Shown: positions 54,168 to 63,411 of the stretch, one piece after another
Numbering within the stretch: the stretch's first letter is position 1
How the letters are laid out: each line of letters begins with the position of its first letter
Origin: a virus
IMG/VR virus record: IMGVR_UViG_3300046468_002660
Strand: one strand, 5' to 3'
Length of the DNA: 64,000 nt
Position numbers and translations under genes: made by a program
Notes under the pieces: model-generated
Database searches by the model: none
Told to the model about the DNA's origin: nothing
The model's input: only the letters and a program-made list of their open reading frames with translations

Positions 54168-54691
54168 AAAAGAGAGTAGATAACGAGAAAGATTATTCAA
54201 AAAAAATTGAGTTAATTAAGCCGCCTTTATTTAATTTTATACGCTCAAAGATTTATAATCATAGTGATGCTGAAGACATCTTGCAAAACACTCTTCTAAT
54301 TTTAGTTGAAAAGCAAAATTCTTATAATTCAAATAAGAGTTTTTATAGCTGGGCTTTTACAATTTGCAAATTTCAAATTAAAAGATATTTAACAATATCT
54401 AAAAGAAATAGAGAGGATAATTGGGAATCTTTCGAATCTGTTCCTATTACTAATACGTCTAGTCCTTTTTGTGATTTAGCTCAAAAAGAATATATAAAAC
54501 AAAAAGATTACGCTATATCACAAATTAAATCTAAGTTCTTGACGCCCAGAGAGTTAGAGTTCTTTTCTTTAATACAAAAAGGTAAAAATAGAGAAGAAAT
54601 AATGAATTCAATGGGCATTAAAATAATTAATTATTATCAATATCGCAATAGAGTTTCAAAAAGATTTGTAGAAAATTACGTAGAAGTTTAA
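54164..54691 (+). CDS. ECF-type RNA polymerase sigma factor
   Basis: LFNFI...DAEDILQNT...Y....SFYSWAFTI (region 2); LTPRELE...G.NREEI (region 4). Confidence 0.85.
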   Translation: MKKRVDNEKDYSKKIELIKPPLFNFIRSKIYNHSDAEDILQNTLLILVEKQNSYNSNKSFYSWAFTICKFQIKRYLTISKRNREDNWESFESVPITNTSSPFCDLAQKEYIKQKDYAISQIKSKFLTPRELEFFSLIQKGKNREEIMNSMGIKIINYYQYRNRVSKRFVENYVEV

Positions 54692-55105
54692 TTGAACACA
54701 GAATTACATATTTTTAAAAGTGCTGAGTCAATTTTTGATTTAAAATATAAAAGTTTTATCAACAATCATCTGGGAGAAGTTTTAATTGGAGGAAGAGGTC
54801 TTAAAAGAGACCCCATAACTTCTTTTAATTTATATTTTAAACCAAATTATGATGTCGAAAATTTAATTTCAATACTTATTGAAATGTTAAAACAAACCCC
54901 TTTAATAGAAATAAAGTCTTTCAATAAATATGACGAACTAGAGTCTTCTTTTAAAATTTTTTATTTAAATTCAGATGAATCAATAGAAGATTTTTATTGC
55001 TTAGAAGATGCTTTTGATTTTGTTCAAGATGATTATCGTGTAGTGCAAATTTGCGAAGTGAAGACTAAAAGTTTAACTTTGTTGAACCGTTTTTGGCTAA
55101 ATTAA
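54692..55105 (+). CDS. Hypothetical protein
   Basis: 137-aa ORF. Confidence 0.6.
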   Translation: MNTELHIFKSAESIFDLKYKSFINNHLGEVLIGGRGLKRDPITSFNLYFKPNYDVENLISILIEMLKQTPLIEIKSFNKYDELESSFKIFYLNSDESIEDFYCLEDAFDFVQDDYRVVQICEVKTKSLTLLNRFWLN

Positions 55106-55680
55106 TGAGAAAAAAATTAAACAACAAGCGCAGGAAAGCTGACATTTTAAAATTGCGAGCAGAGGGGAAAAGCTTTCGTCAAATATCTAAAGAGTTAGGG
55201 TGTTCAAGAAGCTTAGTGTCTTACCATTGCGGAAATGGAAATGAAAACTTAAGATCAAGAACTCAACATAAAACAAGAAATCCTTTGTGCAAGAAAGTCT
55301 CAAATTTTAAATGTCGGTGTTCACGATCTAATTATAAAGCAATTTCTAGTAAACTTAAAACTTTTAAAAGAAAACCTTCAGTTTCTTCAGGTAACCCTTC
55401 AGATACAGTTGTAAATAACATTTCTAAAAATTACACTTGTAAAGATGTTATTGATAAATTAGGTGCAGAACCTGTTTGTTATTTGACTGGAGAAAAAATT
55501 GATTTAACAAAACCTGAAACTTATCACTTAGATCACATTATTCCATCTTCCAAAGGAGGGACTAATGATTTAGATAACCTGCAAATATGTTTGAAAGAAG
55601 CTAATTTTGCAAAAGGAGAGCTATCATTGGATGAATTTTATAAACTTTGTGAAAAAGTTTTAAATTGGCGCAAAAAGTAG
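55105..55680 (+). CDS. HNH endonuclease with N-terminal HTH
   Basis: GKSFRQISKELGCSRS; CYLTG...HLDHIIPSSKGGTNDLDNLQ...AN.AK. Confidence 0.85.
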   Translation: MRKKLNNKRRKADILKLRAEGKSFRQISKELGCSRSLVSYHCGNGNENLRSRTQHKTRNPLCKKVSNFKCRCSRSNYKAISSKLKTFKRKPSVSSGNPSDTVVNNISKNYTCKDVIDKLGAEPVCYLTGEKIDLTKPETYHLDHIIPSSKGGTNDLDNLQICLKEANFAKGELSLDEFYKLCEKVLNWRKK

Positions 55681-55712
55681 ATTTTTCAATAAAAACCGTT
55701 AATATAAATAAT

Positions 55713-56075
55713 ATGCAACCATTACCACAATTATCAGAAGATCAACAAAAAATTCTTCAAAATTTCGTAAAACTTGAAGAAGATTTAGTTGATTCAGAAC
55801 ATAAAAATGACTTCGAAATTCTAAGAGAAGCTTGGAATGTAGAAATACAAAAGCCAGGATGCACTCAATGCATTAAAAACTCTGCTCAAGCTAAATATGC
55901 AGGTTTAGCCACTTTGATTGTTGAGCATAAAGTTTCGATTGAGCAAGCTAAAGAGATTCAAGATTTAAGAGTTGAGTTAAGTAAAGAACATCAAATTATT
56001 CAACAAAAAATTAACGCCGAAATACAAACAAAAATTTCTGATATTAAAAATCAAGGAGAAACCGCTAATGCGTAA
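55713..56075 (+). CDS. Hypothetical coiled-coil protein with CxxC
   Basis: GCTQC; adjacent to thioredoxin. Confidence 0.6.
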   Translation: MQPLPQLSEDQQKILQNFVKLEEDLVDSEHKNDFEILREAWNVEIQKPGCTQCIKNSAQAKYAGLATLIVEHKVSIEQAKEIQDLRVELSKEHQIIQQKINAEIQTKISDIKNQGETANA

Positions 56076-56331
56076 AATGAATAATTTAAAATATTTTACA
56101 GCATCTTGGTGTGGACCTTGCAGATTTTTTAAACCTACTATTGAAGAATTGATTGAAGAAGGAGAAAATATTGAAATCATTGATATTGACGAAAATCAGT
56201 CTTTATCTTCGGACTATCAAATTATGAGTGTACCCACATTAGTTTTTGAGAATAATGGATCTACATATGCTCGTTCTAGTGGAGCCATGCCAAAAGAACA
56301 AGTTAAGCAGATTTTAGCTCATAGCTCATAA
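56068..56331 (+). CDS. trxA: Thioredoxin
   Basis: WCGPC, IDIDE, IMSVPT. Confidence 0.92.
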   Translation: MRKMNNLKYFTASWCGPCRFFKPTIEELIEEGENIEIIDIDENQSLSSDYQIMSVPTLVFENNGSTYARSSGAMPKEQVKQILAHSS

Positions 56332-56339
56332 TCTCTTCT

Positions 56340-56415
<76 letters not shown>

Positions 56416-56470
56416 TACACTTCTCAGTAAAGTAAAATTGCAGGTTGTAGGTTACAAGGGGTTTTAATAA

Positions 56471-57013
56471 ATGAAAATTAAGGATTATATAGATTATATA
56501 TCATTAAAAAGAAAAGAGCTTGGAGGTCACTCAATTTGTCCCTTCGCTAAAACTTTTTTAGATAAAATAAAAATAATTGAGTCTACTAATTTTATGGCAG
56601 ATGCATTTGATTGTATACAAAATAAAAATCATCCAATGCTGTATTTAATTTATGGTGACTCAAAACAATTTGATAAAAAATGGCTAGAAGAATTTTGCAA
56701 TGATCACCAGCAGTTTGCAAAAATAAATGACCTGTGGTTAATATGGGATCATCCCGATCAAATAAATAAAATAAATGGCGTAGAGACAAATAATAAAGAA
56801 TATGCTATATTGTTAATACAAGGGTTAAGCGAGTTAAATAAATACTCAAAAAGATTACATAAAACAAATTATTATGAATTTTGGGATAAAGATTATTATA
56901 ATAAAATAGTTAAGAGTCGAGGTGAAATAGATGGTTTTGAAAAATATAAAAATTTATCTGATGATTGTTTTGAAGAAATGTTGATTCATAAATTATCTAA
57001 AAATAAAGATTAA
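56471..57013 (+). CDS. Hypothetical protein (ICPFAK, DHPD motifs; DUF1415-like)
   Basis: Motif resemblance only. Confidence 0.55.
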   Translation: MKIKDYIDYISLKRKELGGHSICPFAKTFLDKIKIIESTNFMADAFDCIQNKNHPMLYLIYGDSKQFDKKWLEEFCNDHQQFAKINDLWLIWDHPDQINKINGVETNNKEYAILLIQGLSELNKYSKRLHKTNYYEFWDKDYYNKIVKSRGEIDGFEKYKNLSDDCFEEMLIHKLSKNKD

Positions 57014-57038
57014 AGTGTAATTAATTACATTAATAATC

Positions 57039-57704
57039 ATGATCCCTAGTCGAAAAACCCATTGTCAAAAAACCACTAAAACACCAGAAGAGACGGTGGA
57101 TTTTTCTAGTCTTGAATCGTCAAGCTTAAAAGAAAACTCTGTTAAAAAAGATATTTGTTATATAAAATTAACTAAATGTGGGTCTACTTCAATCAATCGT
57201 TGGTTGCAAACAATAGGTAAAAGTTTTTATTTCATTCGTCATAGACCAAGTAGACACTTATCAAATATAGAAGTTCTTGAAAAATCTGATTTCATCTTTT
57301 CTGTTGCTCGAAACCCTTATTCAAGAGCCGTATCTTCATGGGCTTTCTTAGAGGGTGGAAGAAGAGGTAAAGAAGATAGACCTCGTTTATCGTTTAAAGA
57401 ATTTATGGAAAATGATATATATATCACTCATTTTCGAAATGTTCATACCAAAAGTCAATATGAACTTCTAAAACCCTTTTTGCATTTTAATAATTTTCAT
57501 TTAGGAAAATTAGAAGAAATTGACATTACTCTTTCTTTAATTTGCGAAAAATTTAACCTAAATAAAAGTGATTTTAGTTTTCCACAAATAAGATCAAGCA
57601 AGCATGATGATTATAAAAGTTATTATAATGATGAAATTCAAGAGTTAGTTTATAATAAATTTAAAAAAGATTTTCTTTTTTTTGGTTACTCTGAAAATCT
57701 TTAA
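57039..57704 (+). CDS. Sulfotransferase (Sulfotransfer_2 family)
   Basis: 5'PSB-like KLTKCGSTSI; 3'PB-like ARNPYSRAVSSW; H..SQ; C-terminal DF..FGY. Confidence 0.85.
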   Translation: MIPSRKTHCQKTTKTPEETVDFSSLESSSLKENSVKKDICYIKLTKCGSTSINRWLQTIGKSFYFIRHRPSRHLSNIEVLEKSDFIFSVARNPYSRAVSSWAFLEGGRRGKEDRPRLSFKEFMENDIYITHFRNVHTKSQYELLKPFLHFNNFHLGKLEEIDITLSLICEKFNLNKSDFSFPQIRSSKHDDYKSYYNDEIQELVYNKFKKDFLFFGYSENL

Positions 57705-58086
57705 CTAGCTCCCAGCGATTATCGTAATTTAATCGAAAAGAACCTTTGCACTTTTCTCCCCAAGAACACTCATTTGGAGCAAATAAACTCATAAAATATT
57801 TCCCATTATCTTTTTTATATAAATGATATATTTGCCCAATAACAGGTTTCATTCTCATTTCTGCATTAAATATTATTTCGTTCCATTTAACATCTTCAGC
57901 TAATTGCTCAAGTTCTTTTTTTAATTTATTAAATCTTTCTTCGTAGTGTTTGTTTGCAGAATGTACCGCACCAACTTTCCATCCACCAAGACTATGATCG
58001 GGTTTAATTACGGGAGCAGATAAGTTGCTTCCATAAGGTAAAGCATAAGCATTTGGCACATAACTATCGGGTAAATCTTTATCCAT
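57661..58086 (-). CDS. DUF2452-like protein
   Basis: LPYGSNLSAPVIKP, KPVIGQIYHLY, SL.AP.E.W. Confidence 0.7.
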   Translation of the reverse strand: MDKDLPDSYVPNAYALPYGSNLSAPVIKPDHSLGGWKVGAVHSANKHYEERFNKLKKELEQLAEDVKWNEIIFNAEMRMKPVIGQIYHLYKKDNGKYFMSLFAPNECSWGEKCKGSFRLNYDNRWELVKDFQSNQKKENLF

Positions 58087-58276
58087 TTTTTTCTAATTTA
58101 GTTAATATTTTTTTTAAAACATCAATTCTCGCCTCTTGTTCAGAAATTGCTCTACCCCACTTGCTTAAAGGTAACATCGGCATATATGATTCCTTGGAAT
58201 TGTATTCGCAAATTTTTTCATTCTCTAAAAAAGAAATTTCTTCTTTTATTAAATTTATAAAATCTTTTTTGCTCAT
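58079..58276 (-). CDS. Hypothetical protein
   Basis: ORF in minus-strand operon. Confidence 0.55.
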   Translation of the reverse strand: MSKKDFINLIKEEISFLENEKICEYNSKESYMPMLPLSKWGRAISEQEARIDVLKKILTKLEKNG

Positions 58277-58701
58277 TACATAATAACATTCCACTCTTCT
58301 TCTTTGTCAACCCAATCTTTAAATTTTTCAAATCCACCTCTTGCAGACCAATCTGAATCAATGGTTAATTTTGAAGATATTCCACCTCTTGGATTAAAAA
58401 CCATAACCAATCTTAATCGTTCGGGTTCATAAACTTCTATTAGATGTTCGTAAAATATATTAATTAATCTTTCGTAAGAAACAACTATATCTCTTAAATG
58501 AAAGACATATTGCTTGAGGCTTTTTAGCTCTATAATTTTATCTTTTGGATAAAAACTGAGGTAAGCATTTGCAAAATCGGGTTGCTCTTTAACTCCAAGA
58601 AAAGTAAATTCGGGAACTTTTACTTTTATTTCGTATGCACCTTTGCTTGGATTAGGCAGAGATTTTAATATTTCTTTATTTATTTGATCGTATTTTTTCA
58701 T
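58276..58701 (-). CDS. QueF (preQ0 reductase)-family T-fold protein lacking the catalytic Cys
   Basis: PEFT...QPDFA, ELKSLKQY, SYE, PRGGIS; no Cys anywhere in the protein. Confidence 0.85.
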   Translation of the reverse strand: MKKYDQINKEILKSLPNPSKGAYEIKVKVPEFTFLGVKEQPDFANAYLSFYPKDKIIELKSLKQYVFHLRDIVVSYERLINIFYEHLIEVYEPERLRLVMVFNPRGGISSKLTIDSDWSARGGFEKFKDWVDKEEEWNVIM

Positions 58702-58703
58702 AT

Positions 58704-58895
58704 TTACCAATTTTTAATAATATTTCCTATAATAAATAAACAAGTCGTCATATTTAAAACGACTATAATTGTTCTTAGGATTAAACTAAATCTAGCTTCC
58801 TTCAATGAAAGAATAGGTATGTCGGGCTGATCTTCATCCGTTTTACCGACTCGATGATCTAATGTTCTAGCCCAAATTAACCAAAGTTTTTTCAT
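58704..58895 (-). CDS. Small membrane protein
   Basis: C-terminal hydrophobic helix. Confidence 0.65.
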   Translation of the reverse strand: MKKLWLIWARTLDHRVGKTDEDQPDIPILSLKEARFSLILRTIIVVLNMTTCLFIIGNIIKNW

Positions 58896-59662
58896 TTAAA
58901 AAAAAGATTATCATCATGTTTTTTAATACTATCTAAATCGCTTACTTTTTCAACATTAGAATCTCGTTCGCATAAAAATTTATAACGCTCAATATCGTCT
59001 GACCACTCTTCTCCTGTCCAAAATTCAAACCCTGCGTAATCTGCTTTGTATATACATGATTTTTCGTAGCCAAAGCCGAGATACATATAATCTTTACCGC
59101 TTTCGATACAATAATCAATTTCTGCAAGATTAGCATATTTACCAAGGTATAGTTTTGGCTCTTCATAATCCCATGCGAATTGAGTTGAAAAAACGCTATT
59201 TGAACCAACATCCCGCATAAATGTAAATGCGATTGGTTTTTCATTTAAATAATAAATTAAAAAATATTTACGATGGGATTCTGATAAAATTAAAGGAGCT
59301 AAATCCCATTTTTTAAACCCTCTATATTCAAAATATTTATCAAAAATTTCGTTTAATATATTTATATTAATTTCTTTTGCATTTAAACACTTTGTGGTAA
59401 TGTTTTTGCATTTCTTGCGAGCTTTTCTAGTGCTTCTAGTGTCGGAAAATTTTTTAAGATTAATTCTTGTTTGTCTCGCTTGATACCAATGTGATTTTAA
59501 TATGTTTCCGAGAGAATCTTTTTTTATTAAATAATCGTCGGGTAACCAACCCTCTTTTAAAGCAATATCTTCCTCAACCAAGGGAACTTCTGCCATACAA
59601 TCAAAAAACATATAATCATACTCTGTAATTGCTCCCGAATAGTGTTTAAAATATATTCTCAT
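58892..59662 (-). CDS. ATE1/Bpt-like aminoacyl-tRNA-protein transferase
   Basis: AL.EGW; WDY..PKL.LGK; YMYLGFGY...C.YKADY.GFE.W. Confidence 0.75.
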   Translation of the reverse strand: MRIYFKHYSGAITEYDYMFFDCMAEVPLVEEDIALKEGWLPDDYLIKKDSLGNILKSHWYQARQTRINLKKFSDTRSTRKARKKCKNITTKCLNAKEININILNEIFDKYFEYRGFKKWDLAPLILSESHRKYFLIYYLNEKPIAFTFMRDVGSNSVFSTQFAWDYEEPKLYLGKYANLAEIDYCIESGKDYMYLGFGYEKSCIYKADYAGFEFWTGEEWSDDIERYKFLCERDSNVEKVSDLDSIKKHDDNLFFK

Positions 59663-60048
59663 GCCATACCTTCGTCAAACATTCTCCACCCTCTTGTGTT
59701 TTCAGTAGCTCGATCAAGAAATTTACAACCTAAAGATAAAGGATTGAACTTATTTAATTCTTTTGTTATAATTGTCTGATCAAAATCTTTACAACTATAA
59801 ACATCTAATTGGATAAAATTTGGATTAGTTTTTTCCCAAGAATGTAAGGCTATGTGACTTGTAGTGATTAAACAAAATGCACTAATTCCTTCATTATATT
59901 TTTCGTCGCAACGAACTGCTTTTGCAGGAGACAGAAGCTCCATGTTTATTAAATCTACAATATTATGAATCCAATTTTCTGTGAATTTAATTTCCGTAAA
60001 AGGAGTTTTTTCAAAAGTTGCATTAACTAAAAGTTGTTTGTGTTCCAC
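59659..60048 (-). CDS. speD: S-adenosylmethionine decarboxylase-family proenzyme
   Basis: GISAFCLITTSHIALHSW, DVYSCK. Confidence 0.85.
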   Translation of the reverse strand: MEHKQLLVNATFEKTPFTEIKFTENWIHNIVDLINMELLSPAKAVRCDEKYNEGISAFCLITTSHIALHSWEKTNPNFIQLDVYSCKDFDQTIITKELNKFNPLSLGCKFLDRATENTRGWRMFDEGMA

Positions 60049-60062
60049 ATAAATATGTTACA

Positions 60063-60515
60063 CTATTTCAGCTTCCAATGTTTAATATCTTTAACAAAAT
60101 CTTTAATTTTTACCATTGAAATAATATCTTTTCTATGTTTTCTTTGGTAAAGTCTGTACAAAGCATCTTTAGAATTATGAACTAATTTTTTATTAGTTAT
60201 TTTTTTTCTAAGCCAAGTTAACAAATCTTCTCTACGAACAACAATATAACATTTTTTTTGTTCAAAAGCTATAAAATCAGCTTTCCCTTTCAACCATCCA
60301 ATGTTTCCTCGTACATTTTGAATTTCAAGCCAAGCAATATCGTAATTATATTCTTGATCTGAGCGTGATATTTTTTTTGCTCCCTTAACATCAATTAAAG
60401 AATTATTGACTCGAAAATCCCAATGTTCGTAAATGTCTTGATCCTTACTTGATTTAGTAATAGTAAAATTATTTTTAACGCAAAGTTTATGAAATCTTTC
60501 TTCACTTTGATTCAT
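60063..60515 (-). CDS. PD-(D/E)XK nuclease
   Basis: E..F, HWDF....IDVK, WLEIQNVRG..GWLKG.ADFIAFE. Confidence 0.7.
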   Translation of the reverse strand: MNQSEERFHKLCVKNNFTITKSSKDQDIYEHWDFRVNNSLIDVKGAKKISRSDQEYNYDIAWLEIQNVRGNIGWLKGKADFIAFEQKKCYIVVRREDLLTWLRKKITNKKLVHNSKDALYRLYQRKHRKDIISMVKIKDFVKDIKHWKLK

Positions 60516-60897
60516 TAATTGTAGCTAATTCTTTTTTTGAAAAAGGTCTAAGCCAACCTTGTCCACTATGGATTTCTGCTGTATCTTCGGGTTGTTTATA
60601 TTCAATATTTAATGAATACGCTAAATCTCTAATTTGCTTAGGTGTGAGTTTAAGTTTTTTTCCGTTCAGCCACACGGCATAAGGAATACTTCCGTTAATA
60701 TTTAAAGGGTGAGGAATTGGATTAATTTGAATTTGAAAAACTTCTTCAATATTTGGGGTAAAATTTGGAGGAGTTGTAGGTATCAAAAAATGTTTCGGCA
60801 AACTTGGGGGTGGAGGAATAGGTAGATTTATTTCTTCTTTTAATTTAGAAGATTTGCATCCAATCACAAATAAAAGCAGTAACCAATTAAGTTTCAT
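60502..60897 (-). CDS. Pro-rich putative lipoprotein
   Basis: MKLNWLLLLFVIGC lipobox-like. Confidence 0.6.
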   Translation of the reverse strand: MKLNWLLLLFVIGCKSSKLKEEINLPIPPPPSLPKHFLIPTTPPNFTPNIEEVFQIQINPIPHPLNINGSIPYAVWLNGKKLKLTPKQIRDLAYSLNIEYKQPEDTAEIHSGQGWLRPFSKKELATINESK

Positions 60898-61069
60898 AAA
60901 ATTGCATTAACATTTTAAGCTGATTTTGTACATCTTTTATCTCTCTTTTTATGCTTTTTGTATAATCTTTTTTTTTGTTAACTTGTTGTAACAACCTCGT
61001 TGATAACTCATTTAACTCTTCAGCACATTTCAAGAGAACTTTATCATGTTCGCTTATAACGCTTTGCAT
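60887..61069 (-). CDS. Small coiled-coil protein
   Basis: 60-aa ORF in operon. Confidence 0.55.
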   Translation of the reverse strand: MQSVISEHDKVLLKCAEELNELSTRLLQQVNKKKDYTKSIKREIKDVQNQLKMLMQFYET

Positions 61070-61986
61070 AGCTCTAAACCTTTACCTGTGATTTTTCTTT
61101 TACCATCTATTTCAATGAGATTTTTATTCAACAAATATAATTCATGATCTCTTTGAAGAGCGGTTTTACTCATCCCAATTTTTGCCGCAAGCCCTGTGAG
61201 TGTAGCTGATCCACAATTGTTTAAAGCTTGTAGAATTTGTTTCTCTGTGTATGTGATACCATAAGGCAAGATACCTACTTGGTCACATAAATCAGCAAAT
61301 TGTTGCAAACCAAAAATATAATTATCTTTTGATCCACAATATAATTCTATTTCTTTGGCTCGTTTTACCGCACTACGAGCGTTTCCTCTAATTGTACTAG
61401 CAATTTCTTCTTCGACATTGTTTATAAATTTAACTTCGGGAGCACATAATTTCAATATGTTTGATAAATCTTTTGTGCTATAAGGTTCAAAGTCAACTAC
61501 TGTCAATCTATCCTTTAAGGGTGGAAAAATTTTATCTGTCTCCGTAGTTGCAAACAAAAATGTTTGTTTTTTAAAATTGAACTCGAAAGTCATTTCGTTC
61601 CACTCAAAGGTTTTTCTAGTATTTGCTTCGGCATTAAAAATTGTAAGAAATGCCATTGTTAAATCTTGGGGAAGGGCATGGCATTCGTCAAATAAGATAG
61701 TTATTTCATTATCTGCTATAAGGGGGAGAAATATTTGTTCAAAAAATTGCTCATTATTTTTAATCGTAGAGCAGTTTAATTCAATAAATGATCTTCTATC
61801 TCCATCTCTGTTGGATAAATTTCTAGCAAATGCTTTAGCAAACTCAGTCTTACCCAAGCCTTTTGCTCCCGACATTAATAAAAATGGACATTGCGAAGTT
61901 TTGTCAAAAGCATCTAAATAAAAAGATAACTTTTTCTTTACAGCGTTTTGCCCAACTAATCCTTTAAAATAATTACTCATCATCAA
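61054..61986 (-). CDS. ruvB: RuvB-like Holliday junction branch-migration ATPase
   Basis: VGQ..VK..L, GAKGLGKT, LFDECH, ATTE..PPLKDR, RGNAR, C-terminal wHTH with E.YL. Confidence 0.85.
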   Translation of the reverse strand: MMMSNYFKGLVGQNAVKKKLSFYLDAFDKTSQCPFLLMSGAKGLGKTEFAKAFARNLSNRDGDRRSFIELNCSTIKNNEQFFEQIFLPLIADNEITILFDECHALPQDLTMAFLTIFNAEANTRKTFEWNEMTFEFNFKKQTFLFATTETDKIFPPLKDRLTVVDFEPYSTKDLSNILKLCAPEVKFINNVEEEIASTIRGNARSAVKRAKEIELYCGSKDNYIFGLQQFADLCDQVGILPYGITYTEKQILQALNNCGSATLTGLAAKIGMSKTALQRDHELYLLNKNLIEIDGKRKITGKGLELCKAL

Positions 61987-62197
61987 ATTTGGTTAAGGTG
62001 TACTCTATTTTAGACTCAATATTATCATTCGTTTCTTCGGAAATGTCAAGGGATAAATCTTGCGATTCAGTTCCCATAAGCATCTCCAACCACTTTTTAG
62101 AAACAGGAACTTTGGTTTTTTTTCCAACCCAATCTCCTAGTTCTTCGTAGCTTATTTCCGTATAAGGGCTATATCCTTTTGGTCTTCCTCTTTTCAT
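61973..62197 (-). CDS. Small protein with N-terminal AT-hook-like KRGRPK
   Basis: MKRGRPKG; acidic C-terminus. Confidence 0.6.
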   Translation of the reverse strand: MKRGRPKGYSPYTEISYEELGDWVGKKTKVPVSKKWLEMLMGTESQDLSLDISEETNDNIESKIEYTLTKFDDE

Positions 62198-62221
62198 ATC
62201 AATAATCTTATAAAAAATGTT

Positions 62222-63136
62222 TCATCGAGTCAAGATTTTTCCTGAAAAAATTTGTCCATTATATTGAAAATCTCTCAACTTTAATACAGCAGAACGATTC
62301 AATCCTTCCTTTGACCAAATAACTTCGGCATTTATTTGAGAGGCTAACTGATTCACTGCATCATCCAAGTACCTTTCTGTGATATAAACTTTTTTATTAT
62401 TTAAATAATCACGAAGAGGTTTGGGGATATTGTTATTTTTTTTCGTCCAATCGCTCCAAGAAAAATGAGAAGCCATAGGTTCTAAATATAAATTTAAGTA
62501 GCGACCATTTGTCTTTTTCATGAACCAAAAAGTCTCTGCGATAGAATCGTGAATACAATTTCTCCAAACTTTTGGTCTATCGTTTTTTGGGCAAGTTAAA
62601 TGAAGAAAATAATTTTTTATTTTAGCGTCATAGACTACTGCTGAATCGAATTTGTATTCTCCATCAGCAGTTTTTGTTTTTCTCAAAGAGTAATCTAAAG
62701 AAAGAATTATTTGTGTATTAAATCTGAAACCAAAACGATTATAATCAAATTTATCTCTGATAAATTCTTGGTAACTCATCCAAAACCAAAGCCCATCTCC
62801 GATCAAATCTCTTCCACATAATTGTCCCACAAAAGTATATATTTTTCTTAAAGCAATAATTGCTAAATCCCCTCTTTTTCTTTCGCGGGGATTAAGACCT
62901 TTGTGTTGACCTTTGTATTTTGACGGAAACCATGATTCACCGCCACTAACATTTAAATCTTTATCAGAGATATGTTTGTGTATGACGAGTTCCGAACCTT
63001 TGAATGAGTGATTGTTATAGACTCCTTCAACATTTAGATAAAGACCATTAGGAGTTTGTTCGGTTTCAAACCTAAGATTTATCTTTGCGTAGATAAATAA
63101 AGGGCAAAGCAGTATTATATATAATATATGTTTCAC
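62222..63136 (-). CDS. Secreted hypothetical protein
   Basis: Signal-peptide-like N-terminus; 304 aa. Confidence 0.7.
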   Translation of the reverse strand: MKHILYIILLCPLFIYAKINLRFETEQTPNGLYLNVEGVYNNHSFKGSELVIHKHISDKDLNVSGGESWFPSKYKGQHKGLNPRERKRGDLAIIALRKIYTFVGQLCGRDLIGDGLWFWMSYQEFIRDKFDYNRFGFRFNTQIILSLDYSLRKTKTADGEYKFDSAVVYDAKIKNYFLHLTCPKNDRPKVWRNCIHDSIAETFWFMKKTNGRYLNLYLEPMASHFSWSDWTKKNNNIPKPLRDYLNNKKVYITERYLDDAVNQLASQINAEVIWSKEGLNRSAVLKLRDFQYNGQIFSGKILTR

Positions 63137-63306
63137 AAGAATTTGTATAAGATATTCAATTGATTAACTCCGCAGTATTTAGCAAAATAAGCACAAAATT
63201 CCGCAACTTTTTGGGGTGACCATTGTTCTTTTTGCATAATATTTCCGAGTTCGGCATATTCGCCATCGTTCCATAAATCAGTTAATGTAATGTATTTTGT
63301 TTTCAT
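63133..63306 (-). CDS. Small hypothetical protein (57 aa; not in ORF track)
   Basis: MKTKYITLTDLWNDGEY...YKFL*; GTGA overlap with downstream gene; minus-strand TTGACA at 63367-63362. Confidence 0.65.
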   Translation of the reverse strand: MKTKYITLTDLWNDGEYAELGNIMQKEQWSPQKVAEFCAYFAKYCGVNQLNILYKFL

Positions 63307-63361
63307 AATGAGTTTTAATAATTAATAATATGTTGACCATCATGAATCAAAAAACATAATC

Positions 63362-63406
63362 TGTCAAGCTTTATTGTTGACAACCTAATTAAATTTATGT
63401 AGTGTA
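63362..63406. promoter_or_regulatory. Divergent promoter region
   Basis: TTGACA on minus (63367-63362) and plus (63377-63382); GTGTAA at 63402. Confidence 0.55.
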
Positions 63407-63411
63407 ATGAT

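Noticed and set aside
60502-60897. Pro-rich lipoprotein as o-spanin of a lysis cassette
   Set aside because: No adjacent endolysin, holin or i-spanin recognised
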